Positions 26,106 to 40,546 of a DNA stretch of 64,000 bases are shown in pieces. A program made the position numbers and the translations under genes. This DNA is from Eledone cirrhosa. Lineage: Eukaryota. The notes under the pieces are model-generated. The model saw only the letters and a program-made list of their open reading frames with translations. It made no database searches and was not told the DNA's origin. The DNA lies in contig OZ024763.1 of the NCBI GenBank assembly GCA_964016885.1, positions 6,882,001 through 6,946,000 of the forward strand. The letters are read 5' to 3'. Every line of letters starts with the position of its first letter. The stretch's first letter is position 1.

Positions 26106-26378
26106 ATATCTATCTCTCTGTATTTCTATCTATCTATCTATCAGTCTCTCTTTATATATATATATATATATAGGCATATACAGACATATATATGTGTGTG
26201 TATATATATATATATAGGCATATATATAGAGACATATGTGTGTGTGTGTGTATATATATATATAGGCATATAGAGACATATATGTGTGTGTGTATGTATA
26301 TATATATATAGGCATATAGAGAGATATATATGTGTGTGTGTATGTATATATATACATATATATGCATATAGAGACATA

Positions 26379-26422
<44 letters not shown>

Positions 26423-27994
26423 TGCCTATCTCTCTCTCTATGTCTCTCTATCTAGGTTGTGTTAGTAGTGTTGTTGTTGTTGTTGGTGGTGATGATGATG
26501 ATGATGTTGTTGATGTTAATTGCGGTGATGTTGGTGTTGTTGTTGTTGTTGTTGTTGATGTTGATGTAGACAAGTATGATGGGGGGTGAGGTACATTGCT
26601 GTCTCCTGGGACTTTTCACAGACACAACACCCAGTACTTCCCTAAAACACATGTACTTCTTCCTTGGTGGTGTAGGTGGTATGGGTGGTGGTGGTGTTGT
26701 TAGTGGTGGTGGTGGTGTTAGTGGTGGTGGTGGTGTTGGTGGTGGTGGTGGTGGTGGTGTTGGTGTTGTTAGTGGTGGTGGTGTTGTTAGTGGTGGTGGT
26801 GGTGTTAGTGGTGGTGATGGTGTTGGTGGTGGTGGTGGTGGTGGTGTTGGTGTTGTTAGTGGTGGTGGTGTTGTTAGTGGTGGTGGTGGTGTTAGTGGTG
26901 GTGATGGTGGTGTTGTTGGTGGTGATGGTGGTGGTGGTGTTGGTGTTGTTGTTGTTGGTGGTGGTGTTGGTGTTGTTGTTGTTGGTGGTGGTGTTGGTGG
27001 TGTTGTTGGTGGTGGTGGTGGTGTTGGTGTTGTTGTTGGTGGTGTTGTTGATGCTGGTGATGGTAGTGTTAGTGGTGTTGGTGTTGTTAGTGTGTAGAGG
27101 TGTGAGAGAGGGGTGGAGGGACGGAAGGAATTACACTTGTGTGTCCCCTCCCCTGGTATCTACCCCCCCCTCGTCCGGACACAACATAATACCTCATAAT
27201 ACCGGCATCTAGAGCACATGTAGTTCTTCCTTCCTCCCTGACAGCAGGAGAGAGGGAGAGAGAGAGGGAGAGAGAGAGGGAGACAAAGAGAGATAATATT
27301 ATATTGTATGTGGTTCTTATTTTACCTTTGCCTGGAATTTAATCTACCTTACCACCATACACCACCACCACCACCACACACCACCACACACCACCACACA
27401 CCACCACCACACACCACCACACACCACACACCACCACACACCACCACACACCACCACCACCCCACACATCACCACCATCACCACCACAACCCTACCGCTA
27501 CACTCCACCACTACACCCCCACCACCATTACACCACCACCACCGCTACACCGCCACCACTATACCACCACCACCACCACCACCACCACCATTATAATGTT
27601 AACCCTCCTCTCCCTATAAAAATATGTCATAATTGGTCCAATATCTCGTCTGTTTTTCTAATTAAATTTACTGGTTAATTAAACATAAGTAAGCTGTTGA
27701 ACAACTTTAACCTGTATACCACCATCATCACATCATCACATCATCATCATCATCACATCATCACATCATCACATCATCATCATCATCATCATTTAAGATC
27801 TGCTTTCCCTGCTAGCAAGGGTTGCATGGGTCTACATAGACCAAGTCAGCACTGAAGTGGGGCTACTGATCTCTCAGACAGGCTAGAGGTAGGGTCTGTA
27901 TCTCACCTAAGTAAGGTCTCACATTCTATAGAGTGCACAGGGCGAAGTTATCATGTCTTTGAGGCAACTGAGGGGGTCCTCTCACCCTTCCTCT

Positions 27995-28816
27995 CACCAA
28001 CCATTTTACGCCATGTACTGGGTGCATCTATCATTATGCAGTAATACAGAAGATCCACGTTCCTTTGGGGACTGGCTGAAGCATACATATAGTATGTACA
28101 ACCCCTACCACCATCCACCCCACTCTCCCATACATCCATGAAGACAGGCTGAAGTATACATCCAGTGAAGCACCCAGTCCACACTGTAAAGTGGTCATGT
28201 AGGTGTCACGACAAAAAGCACCCAGTCCACACTGTAAAGTGGTCATGTAGGTGTCACGACAAAAAGCACCCAGTCCACACTGTAAAGTGGTCATGTAGGT
28301 GTTACGACAAAAAGCACCCAGTCCACACTGTAGAGTGGTCATGTAGGTGTCACGACAAAAAGCACCCAGCCCACACTGTAAAGTGGTCATGTAGGTGTCA
28401 CGACAAAAAGCACCCAGCCCACACTGTAAAGTGGTCATGTAGGTGTCACGACAAAAAGCACCCGGCCCACACTGTAAATTGGTTGTGTAGGTGTCACGAC
28501 AAAAAGCACCCAGTCCACACTGTAAAGTGGTCATGTAGGTGTCACGACAAAAAGCACCCAGTCCACACTGTAAAGTGGTCATGTAGGTGTCACGACAAAA
28601 AGCACCCAGTCCACATTGTAAAGTGGTTAAGATGGTGTCATGACAAAAAGCACCCGGCCCACACTGTAAAGTGGTCATGTAGGTGTCACGACAAAAAGCA
28701 CCCAGTCCACACTGTAAAGTGGTCGTGTAGGTGTCACGACAAAAAGTACCCAGTCGACACTGTAAAGTGGTCATGTAGGTGTCATGAGAAAAAGTACCCA
28801 GTCCACACTGTAAAGT
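27995..28816 (+). mobile_element. RTE LINE 3' UTR fragment with 48-bp unit expanded to about 13.5 copies (28168-28816)
   Basis: GCAGTAATACAGAAGA...GCTGAAGCATA matches RTE copies at 60170 and 63480, followed by the unit AAGCACCCAGTCCACACTGTAAAGTGGTCATGTAGGTGTCACGACAAA. Confidence 0.85.
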
Positions 28817-30164
28817 CACTGTCTATGTCTTTAACCCTTTCATTACCATATTACTAACGAAAGACACTGTCTATGTCTTTAACCCTTTCATTACCATATT
28901 TCTAATGAAAGACACTGTCTATGTCTTTAACCCTTTCATTACCATATTTCTAATAAAAGACACTGTCTATGTCTTTAACCCTTTCATTACCATATTTCTA
29001 ATGAAAGACACTGTCTATGTGATTAACCTTTCATTACCATATTTCTAATGAAAGACACTACCTATGTCTTTAACTCTTTCATTACCATATTTCTAATGAA
29101 AGACACTGTCTATGTGATTAACCTTTCATTACCATATTTCTAATGAAAGACACTGTCTATGTCTTTAACCCTTTCATTTCCATATTTCTAATGAAAGACA
29201 CTGTCTATGTCATTAACCCTTTCGTTACCACGTTACCATATTTCTAATGAAAGACACTGTCTATGTCTTTAACCCTTTCATTACCATATTTCTAATGAAA
29301 GACACTACCTATGTCTTTAACCCTTTCATTACCATATTTCTAATGAAAGACACTGTCTATGTCATTAACCTTTCATTACCATATTTCTAATGAAAGACAC
29401 TACCTATGTCTTTAACACTTTCATTACCATATTTCTAATGAAAGACACTGTCTATGTCATTAACCCTTTCGTTACCACGTTACCATATTTTTAATGAAAG
29501 ACACTGTCTATGTCTTTAACCCTTTCATTACCATATTTCTAATGAAAGACACTGTCTATGTCATTAACCCTTTCGTTACCACGTTACCATATTTCTAATG
29601 AAAGACACTGTCTATGTCTTTAACCCTTTCATTACCATATTTCTAATGAAAGACACTGTCTATGTCATTAACCCTTTCGTTACCACGTTACCATATTTCT
29701 TATGAAAGACACTGTCTATGTCATTAACCCTTTCATTACCATATTTCTAATGAAAGACACTACCTATGTCATTAACCCTTTCATTACCATATTTCTAATG
29801 AAAGACACTGTCTATGTCATTAACCCTTTCGTTACCACGTTACCATATTTTTAATGAAAGACACTGTCTATGTCTTTAACCCTTTCATTACCATATTTCT
29901 AATGAAAGACACTGTCTATGTCATTAACCCTTTCGTTACCACGTTACCATATTTCTAATGAAAGACACTGTCTATGTCTTTAACCCTTTCATTACCATAT
30001 TTCTAATGAAAGACACTGTCTATGTCATTAACCCTTTCGTTACCACGTTACCATATTTCTTATGAAAGACACTGTCTATGTCATTAACCCTTTCATTACC
30101 ATATTTCTAATGAAAGACACTACCTATGTCATTAACCCCTTCCTTACCATATTTCTTATGAAAG
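28817..30164 (+). repeat. 48-bp MITE-end minisatellite (about 27 units, with 47- and 56-bp variants and a 360-bp higher-order duplication)
   Basis: Lines 29461-29760 are repeated at 29821-30120; MITE internal sequence resumes at 30165-30270. Confidence 0.9.
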
Positions 30165-30612
30165 TCTGTGTTTCAAATAATGTTTTGAAAATTTGAAAGG
30201 ATTAGTAATATAAGATTAGTAATATAAGATTATAATGAGAGGGTTTTAGATAAATGTAAACTACACTTTAAAACTTTCATTACCACATTCCTTGTTGATA
30301 TTAATGTGTATTGTTGTTGTTGTTTGGTCAGCTGAAGTTTGTTAAAATTCAGTTACAACTAGTCACGACCACCACCGCCATCAACATTATTACCACCACC
30401 ACCACCACCACCACCACCACCTCCTACCACCACCTCTTCCACCACCACCACCACCACACCCTCTCCTACCACCACCTCTCCTACCACCACCTCTTCCACC
30501 ACCATCATCACCATTAACATCACCACCATCATAACAATTTTAACCAGTTTACCGAGTTTTTAGTGGTATATACATATATATATGTGTATATATATATATA
30601 TATGTGTGTGTG

Positions 30613-30689
<77 letters not shown>

Positions 30690-31160
30690 ATATATATATA
30701 TATATATGTGTGTATATATATACATATATGTGTGTGTCTGTATATATATATATATATATATATACATATATATAAATATATGTATATATATATACATATA
30801 CATATATATACATATATATATATATACATATACATATATACAGATATATATACATATATACAGATATATATACATATACATATATATATATATATACATA
30901 TATACATATACATATACTCTATACATATATATACACATATATGTATATAAAATTCTAAGTTTAAAGAGCAGACAGACAAAATTTACCTAACTTTTCTTCT
31001 TAGTCCAGAGAAATTAACTAAATAAATAATCAATTAAACGGGGCTAAATATGTATATATATGTATATATATATACACAAACAGACATATATATATATACA
31101 TACATGTGTGTGTATATATATATATATATACACAAACAGACATATATATATATACATACA

Positions 31161-31206
<46 letters not shown>

Positions 31207-31213
31207 AACAGAC

Positions 31214-31244
<31 letters not shown>

Positions 31245-31499
31245 CAGACAGACATATATATATATACATACATGTGTGTGTATATATATATATATGTATA
31301 TATATATATACACAAACAGACATATAAATATATACATACATGTGTGTATATAAACTAAACTGTATACTGTATCATTTCACTGAATGAACCTGAAGCATGT
31401 GAACTGGTGACAGACAGACACTGTTGACGTGTTGCACATACAGACACATTACATACATACACACACACATATATATATATATACATATATATACATAGA

Positions 31500-32113
31500 C
31501 ACCACATATATACATTACACATACATACCATATATATACATATACATACACACCACATATATACATATACATACACACCACATATATACATATACATACA
31601 CATCACATATATACATACACATATACACCACATATATACATATACATACACACCACATATATATATATACATACACACCACATATATACATATACATACA
31701 CACCACATATATACATATACATACACACCACATATATACATATACATACACACCACATATATACATATACATACACACCACATATATACATATACATACA
31801 CACCACATATATACATATACATACACACCACATATATACATATACATACACACCACATATATACATATACATACACACCACATATATACATATACATACA
31901 CACCACATATATACATATATATACATACCACATATATACATATACATACATACCACATATATACATACACATATACACCACATATATACATATACATACA
32001 CACCACATATATACATATACATACACACCACATATACACACCACATATATACACACCACATATATACATATACATACACACCACATATATACATATACAT
32101 ACACACCACATAT
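31500..32113. repeat. 26-bp CA/TA minisatellite (CACCACATATATACATATACATACAC-type)
   Basis: Direct reading of the sequence. Confidence 0.85.
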
Positions 32114-33616
32114 AAGCTAACTCACATACACACACAAACACACACATACAGAGGCACACACATACATAACCAAACACATGCGAACACACACACACACACA
32201 CACATGAAGAGACACACACACATAATATGACACAGGCTAACACTCACGCACAACACACATACATAAACAAACACAGGAAAACACACACACAGGCAGGCAG
32301 AGACAGATACACACACATACACACATGCAGACCACATACACACATACATACACATACATATATAAACAACCGCATGCGAACCCACACACATACAGACATA
32401 GAGACTGACACACACACACACACACATGCAAACATACAGACACTGACAAACACACACACACATGCATGAAGACATACAGACACAGACACACACACACACA
32501 GACATACAGAGACAGACAGACACACACACACACATGCAGACATACAGAGACAGAAAGACACACACACACAAACATACATACACACACATACAGACACACA
32601 CACATACAGAGACTGACACACACATACACAGACATACAGACACTGACACACATGCAGACATACAGTGACCATTGCACAAACACACACACACACACATTCA
32701 CACTCACACACACTCACACACACACACACACATTCACACTCACACACACTCACACACACTCACACACACACATACACACACACTCACATACACAAGGACA
32801 ACAACAGTTAAACAACATCAACAACAACAACAATGTGGTATTTAATTATCAATCCGGTGTTAACGAGTTATTAAATAGATCGTTATAGAGATTAATAAGA
32901 GTTTCTGTTCTCGTTATATTTTCTACTTAGAGCTTAATCCGCTTCCTTAGCGCGGCACAGGTCCACAGGTATTGTTGGCGGGGGTGGGGAGCTGGTACAT
33001 TCCAGTTAACCCTTCACATACTCACCCCTGCCTGAAACACCCCACCAAACCCCCACTCCTGGTCCTCTTGGTTTTAAAGTGTTCATCATCATCATCACAA
33101 CCATAATCATCACCATCACCATCACCACCATCACCACAACCACCATCATCACCATCACCACCATCATCATCATCACCATCACCACCATCATCACCATCAT
33201 CACCACCATCACCACAACCACCATCACCACCATCACCACAACCACCATCATCACCATCACCACCACCGCCATCATCATCATCATCACCATCACCACCATC
33301 ACCACCATCACCACAACCACCATCATCACCATCACCACCACCGCCATCATCATCATCATCACCACCATCACCACAACCACCATCATCACCATCACCACCA
33401 CCGCCATCATCACCATCACCATCATCATCACCATCACCACCGCCATCATCACCACAACCACTATCATCACCATCACCACCGCCATCATCACCACAACCAC
33501 CATCATCACCATCACCACCACTGCCATCATCATCATCATTTAACATCCATTTTCCCACACTTACATAGGTATTTATATTTATTTATAAACCTTCCATAAC
33601 AATTTTGTGTATTCAG

Positions 33617-34510
33617 TGTCCACATTGTAAAGTGGTCATGCTGGTCACACAACAAAAAACACCTAGCTCATACTGTAAAATGGTTGTGTTGGTGACACGA
33701 CAAAGAGCACCCAGTCAACACTGTAAAGTGGTTGTGTTGGTGCCACAACAAAAATGACCCAGCCCACACTGTAGAGTGGACGTGTGGGTGACATGACAAA
33801 TAACACCCAGTCCACACTGCAAAGTAGTTGAGTTGGTGAGACAACAAAAAACACCCAGTCCACACTGTAAAGTGGTCATGTAGGTGTCACGACAAAAAGC
33901 ACCCAGTCCACACTGTAAAGTGGTCATGTAGGTGTCACGACAAAAAGCACCCAGTCCACACTGTAAAGTGGTCATGTAGGAGTCACAACAAAAAACACCC
34001 AGCCCACACTGTAAAGTGGTCATGTAGGTGTCACGACAAAAAGCACCCAGTCCACACTGTAAAGTGGTCATGTAGGTGTCACGACAAAAAGCACCCAGTC
34101 CAGACTGTAAAGTGGTCATGTAGGTGTCACAACAAAAAGTATCCAGCACACACTGTAAAGTGGTCATGTAGGTGTCACGACAAAAAGCACCCAGCCCACA
34201 CTGTAAAGTGGTCATGTAGGTGTCACGACAAAAAGCACCCAGTCCAGACTGTAAAGTGGTGATGTAGGTGTCACAACAAAAAGTATCCAGCACACACTGT
34301 AAAGTGGTGATGTAGGCATCACAACAAAAAGTACCCAGCACACACTGTAAAGTGGTGATGTAGGCATCACAACAAAAAGTACCCAGCACACACTGTAAAG
34401 TGGTCATGTAGGAGTCACAACAAAAAGTACCCAGCACACACTGTAAATGTGTTTGGTGTTAGGAAGGACATCCAGCCATAGAAACCTTGCCAGAACAGTT
34501 CTGTATGGGT
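33617..34510 (+). mobile_element. RTE 3' UTR with about 17 copies of the 48-bp unit (diverged at left, homogeneous at right)
   Basis: Array runs into GGTGTTAGGAAGGACATCCAGCCATAGAAACC, the RTE terminal UTR. Confidence 0.85.
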
Positions 34511-34629
34511 AAATCAGAGGTTTATAAGGCTGGTGTTTTCCCTGTTTCCATGGCAGGAACCAACTGAGAATACAAGGAAGTTAGTTATATTACTAAATCA
34601 TCTCCAAATTTCTTTTTTTTAAGTGGTTT

Positions 34630-34915
34630 GCATTAGAAATATGGTAACAAAAGTGTTAAAGTATTTATATTTATCTAAATAACTTCCATCATAATTTTAT
34701 ATAAGAACCTTTGTTAAGTTATGTTCCAAACACCAGCTTAACCCTTTTGCCACCAACCCACCTGAAACCACCCCTTGTTATATGGTACAAAACTGTTCAT
34801 TTTAAAGCATTCATATTTATGTTTTTCTAAAAATTTACAAAAAAAAAAAAGACCCTTCCATCATAACTATATTTAAAAACCTTTGTTAAGTTATGTTCCA
34901 AACACCAACTTAATG
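34630..34915 (-). mobile_element. piggyBac-type MITE fragments
   Basis: Reverse complement of the 48.2-48.5 kb region: TTAACCCTTTTGCCACCA and CTTTGTTAAGTTATGTTCCAAAC. Confidence 0.7.
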
Positions 34916-35356
34916 ATTTTTTTCTACTTGACTGGTACTTTATTTTATTGACCTTGGAAGGATGAAGGGCAAAGTTAACCTCGGTGCAATTGAGCCAGAA
35001 TCAAATACTACAAAACATTTAGTCTAGTGCTCCACCGATTCAACCAATTCACTGACAAACACCAACTTAATAATGAGTGAGACCTCAGCACTAACAGAGG
35101 TTGTCATGTCCTTGAAACAACTAAACAGCCCTCACAACCCTAACTTGGACATGGTTTCTACAACACCTGGCTACTTTCCAGGAGGTAGATCCCTCATCTG
35201 CAATGTCACATGTTGTGACATGTTCTCTGCCTCCAGCTTAGTCCCTTCAGTCACAAACCCCGGTACTGAGTCCCACAATGCTGAGGAAAGGAAGATAAAC
35301 AAATACTGGGGATAGTCCAGCAGCTTCCTCTTTGCACCGTCGAGACCTCAGATGTA

Positions 35357-36410
35357 CTTGGACCCAGTACTGGTAAGCTCTTCCTTGGACCCAGTACTGG
35401 TAAGCTCTTCCTTGGACCCAGTACTGGTAAGCTCTTCCTTGGACCCAGTACTGGTAAGCTCTTCCTTGGACCCAGTACTGGTAAGCTCTTCCTTGGACCC
35501 AGTACTGGTAAGCTCTTCCTTGGACCCAGTACTGGCAAGCTCTTCCTTGGACCCAGTACTGGTAAGCTCTTCCTTGGACCCAGTACTGGTAAGCTCTTCC
35601 TTGGACCCAGTACTGGTAAGCTCTTCCTTGGACCCAGTACTGGCAAGCTCTTCCTTGGACCCAGTACTGGTAAGCTCTTCCTTGGACCCAGTACTGGTAA
35701 GCTCTTCCTTGGACCCAGTACTGGTAAGCTCTTCCTTGGACCCAGTACTGGCAAGCTCTTCCTTGGACCCAGTACTGGCAAGCTCTTCCTTGGACCCAGT
35801 ACTGGTAAGCTCTTCCTTGGACCCAGTACTGGCAAACTCTTCCTTGGACCCAGTACTGGCAAACTCTTCCTTGGACCCAGTACTGGTAAGCTCTTCCTTG
35901 GACCCAGTACTGGTAAGCTCTTCCTTGGACCCAGTACTGGCAAGCTCTTCCTTGGACCCAGTACTGGCAAGCTCTTCCTTGGACCCAGTACTGGCAAACT
36001 CTTCCTTGGACCCAGTACTGGCAAACTCTTCCTTGGACCCAGTACTGGTAAGCTCTTCCTTGGACCCAGTACTGGTAAGCTCTTCCTTGGACCCAGTACT
36101 GGCAAGCTCTTCCTTGGACCCAGTACTGGCAAGCTCTTCCTTGGACCCAGTACTGGCAAGCTCTTCCTTGGACCCAGTACTGGCAAGCTCTTCCTTGGAC
36201 CCAGTACTGGCAAGCTCTTCCTTGGACCCAGTACTGGCAAGCTCTTCCTTGGACCCAGTACTGGCAAGCTCTTCCTTGGACCCAGTACTGGCAAGCTCTT
36301 CCTTGGACCCAGTACTGGCAAGCTCTTCCTTGGACCCAGTACTGGCAAGCTCTTCCTTGGACCCAGTACTGGTAAGCTCTTCCTTAGACCCAGTACTGGT
36401 AAGCTCTTCC
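35357..36410. repeat. 27-bp minisatellite, about 39 units, with internal palindrome CCAGTACTGG
   Basis: Unit CTTGGACCCAGTACTGG(T/C)AA(G/A)CTCTTC; essentially two variable positions. Confidence 0.95.
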
Positions 36411-36767
36411 GCAAGATCGGAAAATTGGCAGCCCATCGTAGGAAGGGTCCCTGCGAGGTGGGGTGGCTGTTGCAGCAGGTGTATCGCTGGCGATAGTCCA
36501 TGAGAATGCTTTTGTGGTTCTGTCCGTGGAGCTTTACCACCGCACCCTAGGCCCAGAGCCCAATCACCCTCTCCTCCTCTCTCTTCTGGAGAGGGGTTAG
36601 AACTATATTTATCGAAAAAAGATATTAGAGCGTGTGTGTGTCAGCCCCCAGGGATGGTTATCACAACCTTCAGACAACAGGTCTATAGAATTGGCGTCCA
36701 TCCTGGCAGCAAATGACCCTAATCAAGGAATAGTATAAGTTGACTGAAGGGGAGACATATCTGTCAA

Positions 36768-36944
36768 TGGCAGTATCAATAGAGGGTCGGACGCCATGCT
36801 TTGAAGCACAGAGTTACGGCCCTTTGTGGTCTGCGTTCAAATCCCGCCGAGGTTGACTTTGCCTTTCATCCTTTCGGGGTCGATAAAACAAAGTACCAGT
36901 AATGCACTGGGATAATTGATGGCCTTGTGCCAAAAGAAGAAACA
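36768..36944 (+). mobile_element. SINE family A with 11-bp target-site duplication
   Basis: GCGTTCAAATCCCGCC B box; flanked by ATATCTGTCAA at 36757-36767 and 36945-36955. Confidence 0.9.
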
Positions 36945-36985
36945 ATATCTGTCAACAAATTGACGACTAATTTCTTAGTTGGAAG

Positions 36986-37244
36986 AGGCTATGTAGCCGG
37001 TAAGAGTGCCAGAGACCATGAGTTGTGGCCCGACTTAAGACATTTTGAAATCTTTTCCATCATAAATTGTTAAAAAAACAAATTAAAATCATTTAGTCGT
37101 CCATTCGTAACATATGTTACGCTTTAGTTACATAAACCACACAACTACACGTAAATACATAAACAGACAACAGAAGGAAGGGGCTGGTGAAACGCTATAG
37201 CGGTGTGTGTTGCGTCCCTTTAGGGTTTACCGGCTACGTAGCCT
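36986..37244. mobile_element. Candidate 259-bp MITE
   Basis: 18-bp terminal inverted repeats AGGCTATGTAGCCGGTAA / TTACCGGCTACGTAGCCT (one mismatch); no clear TSD. Confidence 0.5.
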
Positions 37245-37412
37245 ATTCGTTCTTATTTATCTGAACAAACCAGGAACAGCCAGCCAACTCAACTGCACAC
37301 ACTGACATTTGATGACACAACAATAGATGTTATTACTACAAGGTTGACTAAAGTTAGGAATTTGGATATTATTTGAATAAGCTAATCGTGTATATATAAA
37401 TATATATATATA

Positions 37413-37928
37413 CTAGCAGTAAAGCCCGGCGTTGCTCGGGGTCGCTCAGTAGCTGTGTTAAAGTTACAATGTTAAGTTTCTTTTTTGGCTTAAAAACTGT
37501 AGTGTCTACTGTGCAGACTTGCATGTGGTGTTTTTGATTAATATTCCCTCAACCAACAATATGCCTTATGAAGTTAAGAAAACATAACGATAACCCGAAT
37601 GTTATAACAAAAGAGGATGCTGGGGATAAAAACTGCACTGGTTATTTATTAACAAAGACTGAGAAAGCCAGCGTAATTTTTTACGTAAGACGCTCAATGT
37701 AAACAGAACAAAGGGAAATAACTGATAACTTACGCTCAAAAATCGATACATTATATTCGATTTCGTCACATAGGGTGGGTCAATTTGAAATTTTTTTTTT
37801 CCGATGTCTTCGCTAGGGCTCAATGTACAAGTATAGCAATTTCGGTGCAATTCCGTGAGAGATTCTAAGAGGAGATGTGTGCCAAAAATCGATAGACAGA
37901 CAGACAACCACAGTTTTATATATATAGA
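37413..37928 (-). mobile_element. Complete non-autonomous Helitron (about 516 bp)
   Basis: Minus strand begins TCTATATATATAAAAC...(TGTC)n and ends with hairpin CCCGAGCAACGCCGGG, 8 nt, then CTAG. Inserted between A and T with no TSD. Confidence 0.8.
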
Positions 37929-37973
37929 TATATAGATAGATATATATAGATAGATATATATATAGATAGATAA

Positions 37974-38218
37974 ATTTCTTTATTAGCCACAAGGGCGCAC
38001 AAGAAAAGGGGACAATACAAAGACATGCCGGGGATTTTACAAACAGTCGTGTAAAAAATATAAAAACAAACAATTACAACAATCGAAATCCCCAATAGGG
38101 GGGAGGTGCCACAAATGGGTTGTTTAATACCCCGTCGATAGAACAACCCTCAACTCCAGGAGCGTGTTGTGCAAGTGCTCCTTTCTTCCTTTTGCTCTCT
38201 TCCTCAACCTACAGGCTT
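37974..38218 (-). mobile_element. Tx1/L1-like LINE 3' UTR in (TAGA)n
   Basis: TTTCTTTATTAGCCACAAGGGCGCAC and CCTCAACCTACAGGCT are reverse complements of the 25860-26105 element. Confidence 0.7.
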
Positions 38219-38481
38219 ATATACAGAGAATATATAGATAGATAGATAGATAGTGTATATATATATAATATATAAATATATATATAATATATAAATATAT
38301 ATATAATATATAAATATATATAATATATAAATATATATATAATATATAAATATATATATAATATATAAATATAAATATATATATAATATATATATTATAT
38401 ATAATATATAAATATATATATAATATATAAATATATATATATAAATATATATATAATATATAAATATATATATAATATATA

Positions 38482-38517
<36 letters not shown>

Positions 38518-38524
38518 ATATATA

Positions 38525-38575
<51 letters not shown>

Positions 38576-39520
38576 AATATATATAATATATAAATATATA
38601 TATAATATATAAATATATATATAATATATAAATATATATATAATATATAAATATATATATAATATATAAATATATATATAATATATAAATATATATATAA
38701 TATATTGCTATGACTAAGTTGACAGTACTGTGTAATGGATGTTCAAAGGGATTTTTTTGTAAATTTTCTTCTGTTGAGCCAATTGTATGATCCCCCCCCC
38801 CTACGTCACACAACCCCACCCTTACCTCACCTTACCCCACGTCACACCACATACCTCAGCCACATGTCACACCACAGTTGAGGGTTGGCAAGGAGGGAGA
38901 ATAAATAATACTAACAATAATAACAACAACAATAACAACAATAACAATAACAACAACAATAACAATAACAACACAATAACAATAACAACACAATAACAAC
39001 AATAACAATAACAACAACAATAACAACAACAATAACAATAACAACACAATAACAATAACAACACAATAACAACAACAATAACAACAACCACAACATCAGC
39101 AATAACAACAACCACAGTAACAACAACAGTAACAACCACAACAACAACAACAGTAACAACAACAGTAACAACCACAATAACAACAACAACAATAAAAACA
39201 AATATAAAACTACAAAGAATGCCAAAAAAAATTCTTGTTGAGTTTCTTGTTTGTTATCAACACAATTTTACATGGTGGGGTTAATTAGTTTAGTGTTCAC
39301 AAGGTGGCGCTAGTGGTAGTGGCGTTGGTGGTGGGGGGGGGGGTATATGTATTGGTTGTGGTGATGGTGGTAGGGGTGGTGATGGTGATATATGTGTTGG
39401 TGGTGGTGGTGGTGGTGGTGGCAGTGGTGGTATATATGTTGGTTGTGGTGATAATGGTGTATGTGTTGATGGTGGTGGCGGTGGTAACGTCCTGGGGGTC
39501 AATGTTTGTAAACCCACAAA

Positions 39521-40546
39521 GGTACAGGATGGTACAGGATGGTACAGGACAGCACAGGATGGTACAGGACAGCACAGGATGGTACAGGACAGTACAGGAT
39601 GGTATAGGACAGCACAGGATGGTACAGGACAGTACAGGATGGTATAGGACAGCACAGGATGGTACAGGATGGTATAGGACGGTACAGGACAGCACAGGAT
39701 GGTACAGGACAGCACAGGATGGTACAGGACAGTACATGATGGTATAGGACGGTACAGGACAGCACAGGATGGTACAGGACAGCACAGGATGGTACAGGAC
39801 AGTACATGATGGTACAGGACAGCACAGGATGGTACAGGACAGTACATGATGGTATAGGACGGTACAGGACAGCACAGGATGGTACAGGACAGCACAGGAT
39901 GGTATAGGACAGCACAGGATGGTACAGGACAGCACAGGATGGTACAGGACAGCACAGGATGGTACAGGACAGTACATGATGGTATAGGACGGTACAGGAC
40001 AGCACAGGATGGTACAGGACAGCACAGGATGGTATAGGACAGCACATGATGGTATAGGACGGTACAGGACAGCACAGGATGGTACAGGACAGCACAGGAT
40101 GGTACAGGACAGCAGAGGACAGCACAGGATGGTACAGGATGGGATAGGACGGTACAGGACAGCACAGGATGGTACAGGACAGCACAGGATGGTACAGGAT
40201 GGTAAATTACAGCACAGGATGGTACAGGATGGTACAGGACGGTACAGGATGGGATAGGACGGTACAGGACAGCACAGGACGGTACAGGACAGCAGAGGAC
40301 AGCACAGGATGGTACAGGACAGCACAGGATGGTACAGGATGGTAAATGACAGCACAGGATGGTACAGGATGGTACAGGACAGCACAGGATGGTACAGGAT
40401 GGTAAATGACAGCACAGGATGGTACAGGACAGCACAGGATGGTACAGGACGGTACAGGACAGTACAGGATGGTAAATGACAGCACAGGATGGTACAGGAC
40501 AGCAGAGGACAGCACAGGATGGTAAATGACAGCACAGGATGGTACA
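39521..40546. repeat. 10-bp minisatellite (about 100 units; GGTACAGGA(C/T) alternating with AGCACAGGAT)
   Basis: Columns align exactly on the 10-nt blocks. Confidence 0.95.

Noticed and set aside
26452-27245. Minus-strand Pro/Thr-rich frame with two similar RK(N/K)YMC segments
   Set aside because: Interrupted by TAG near 27150, mostly trinucleotide repeat, and no recognisable domain; cannot support a CDS.
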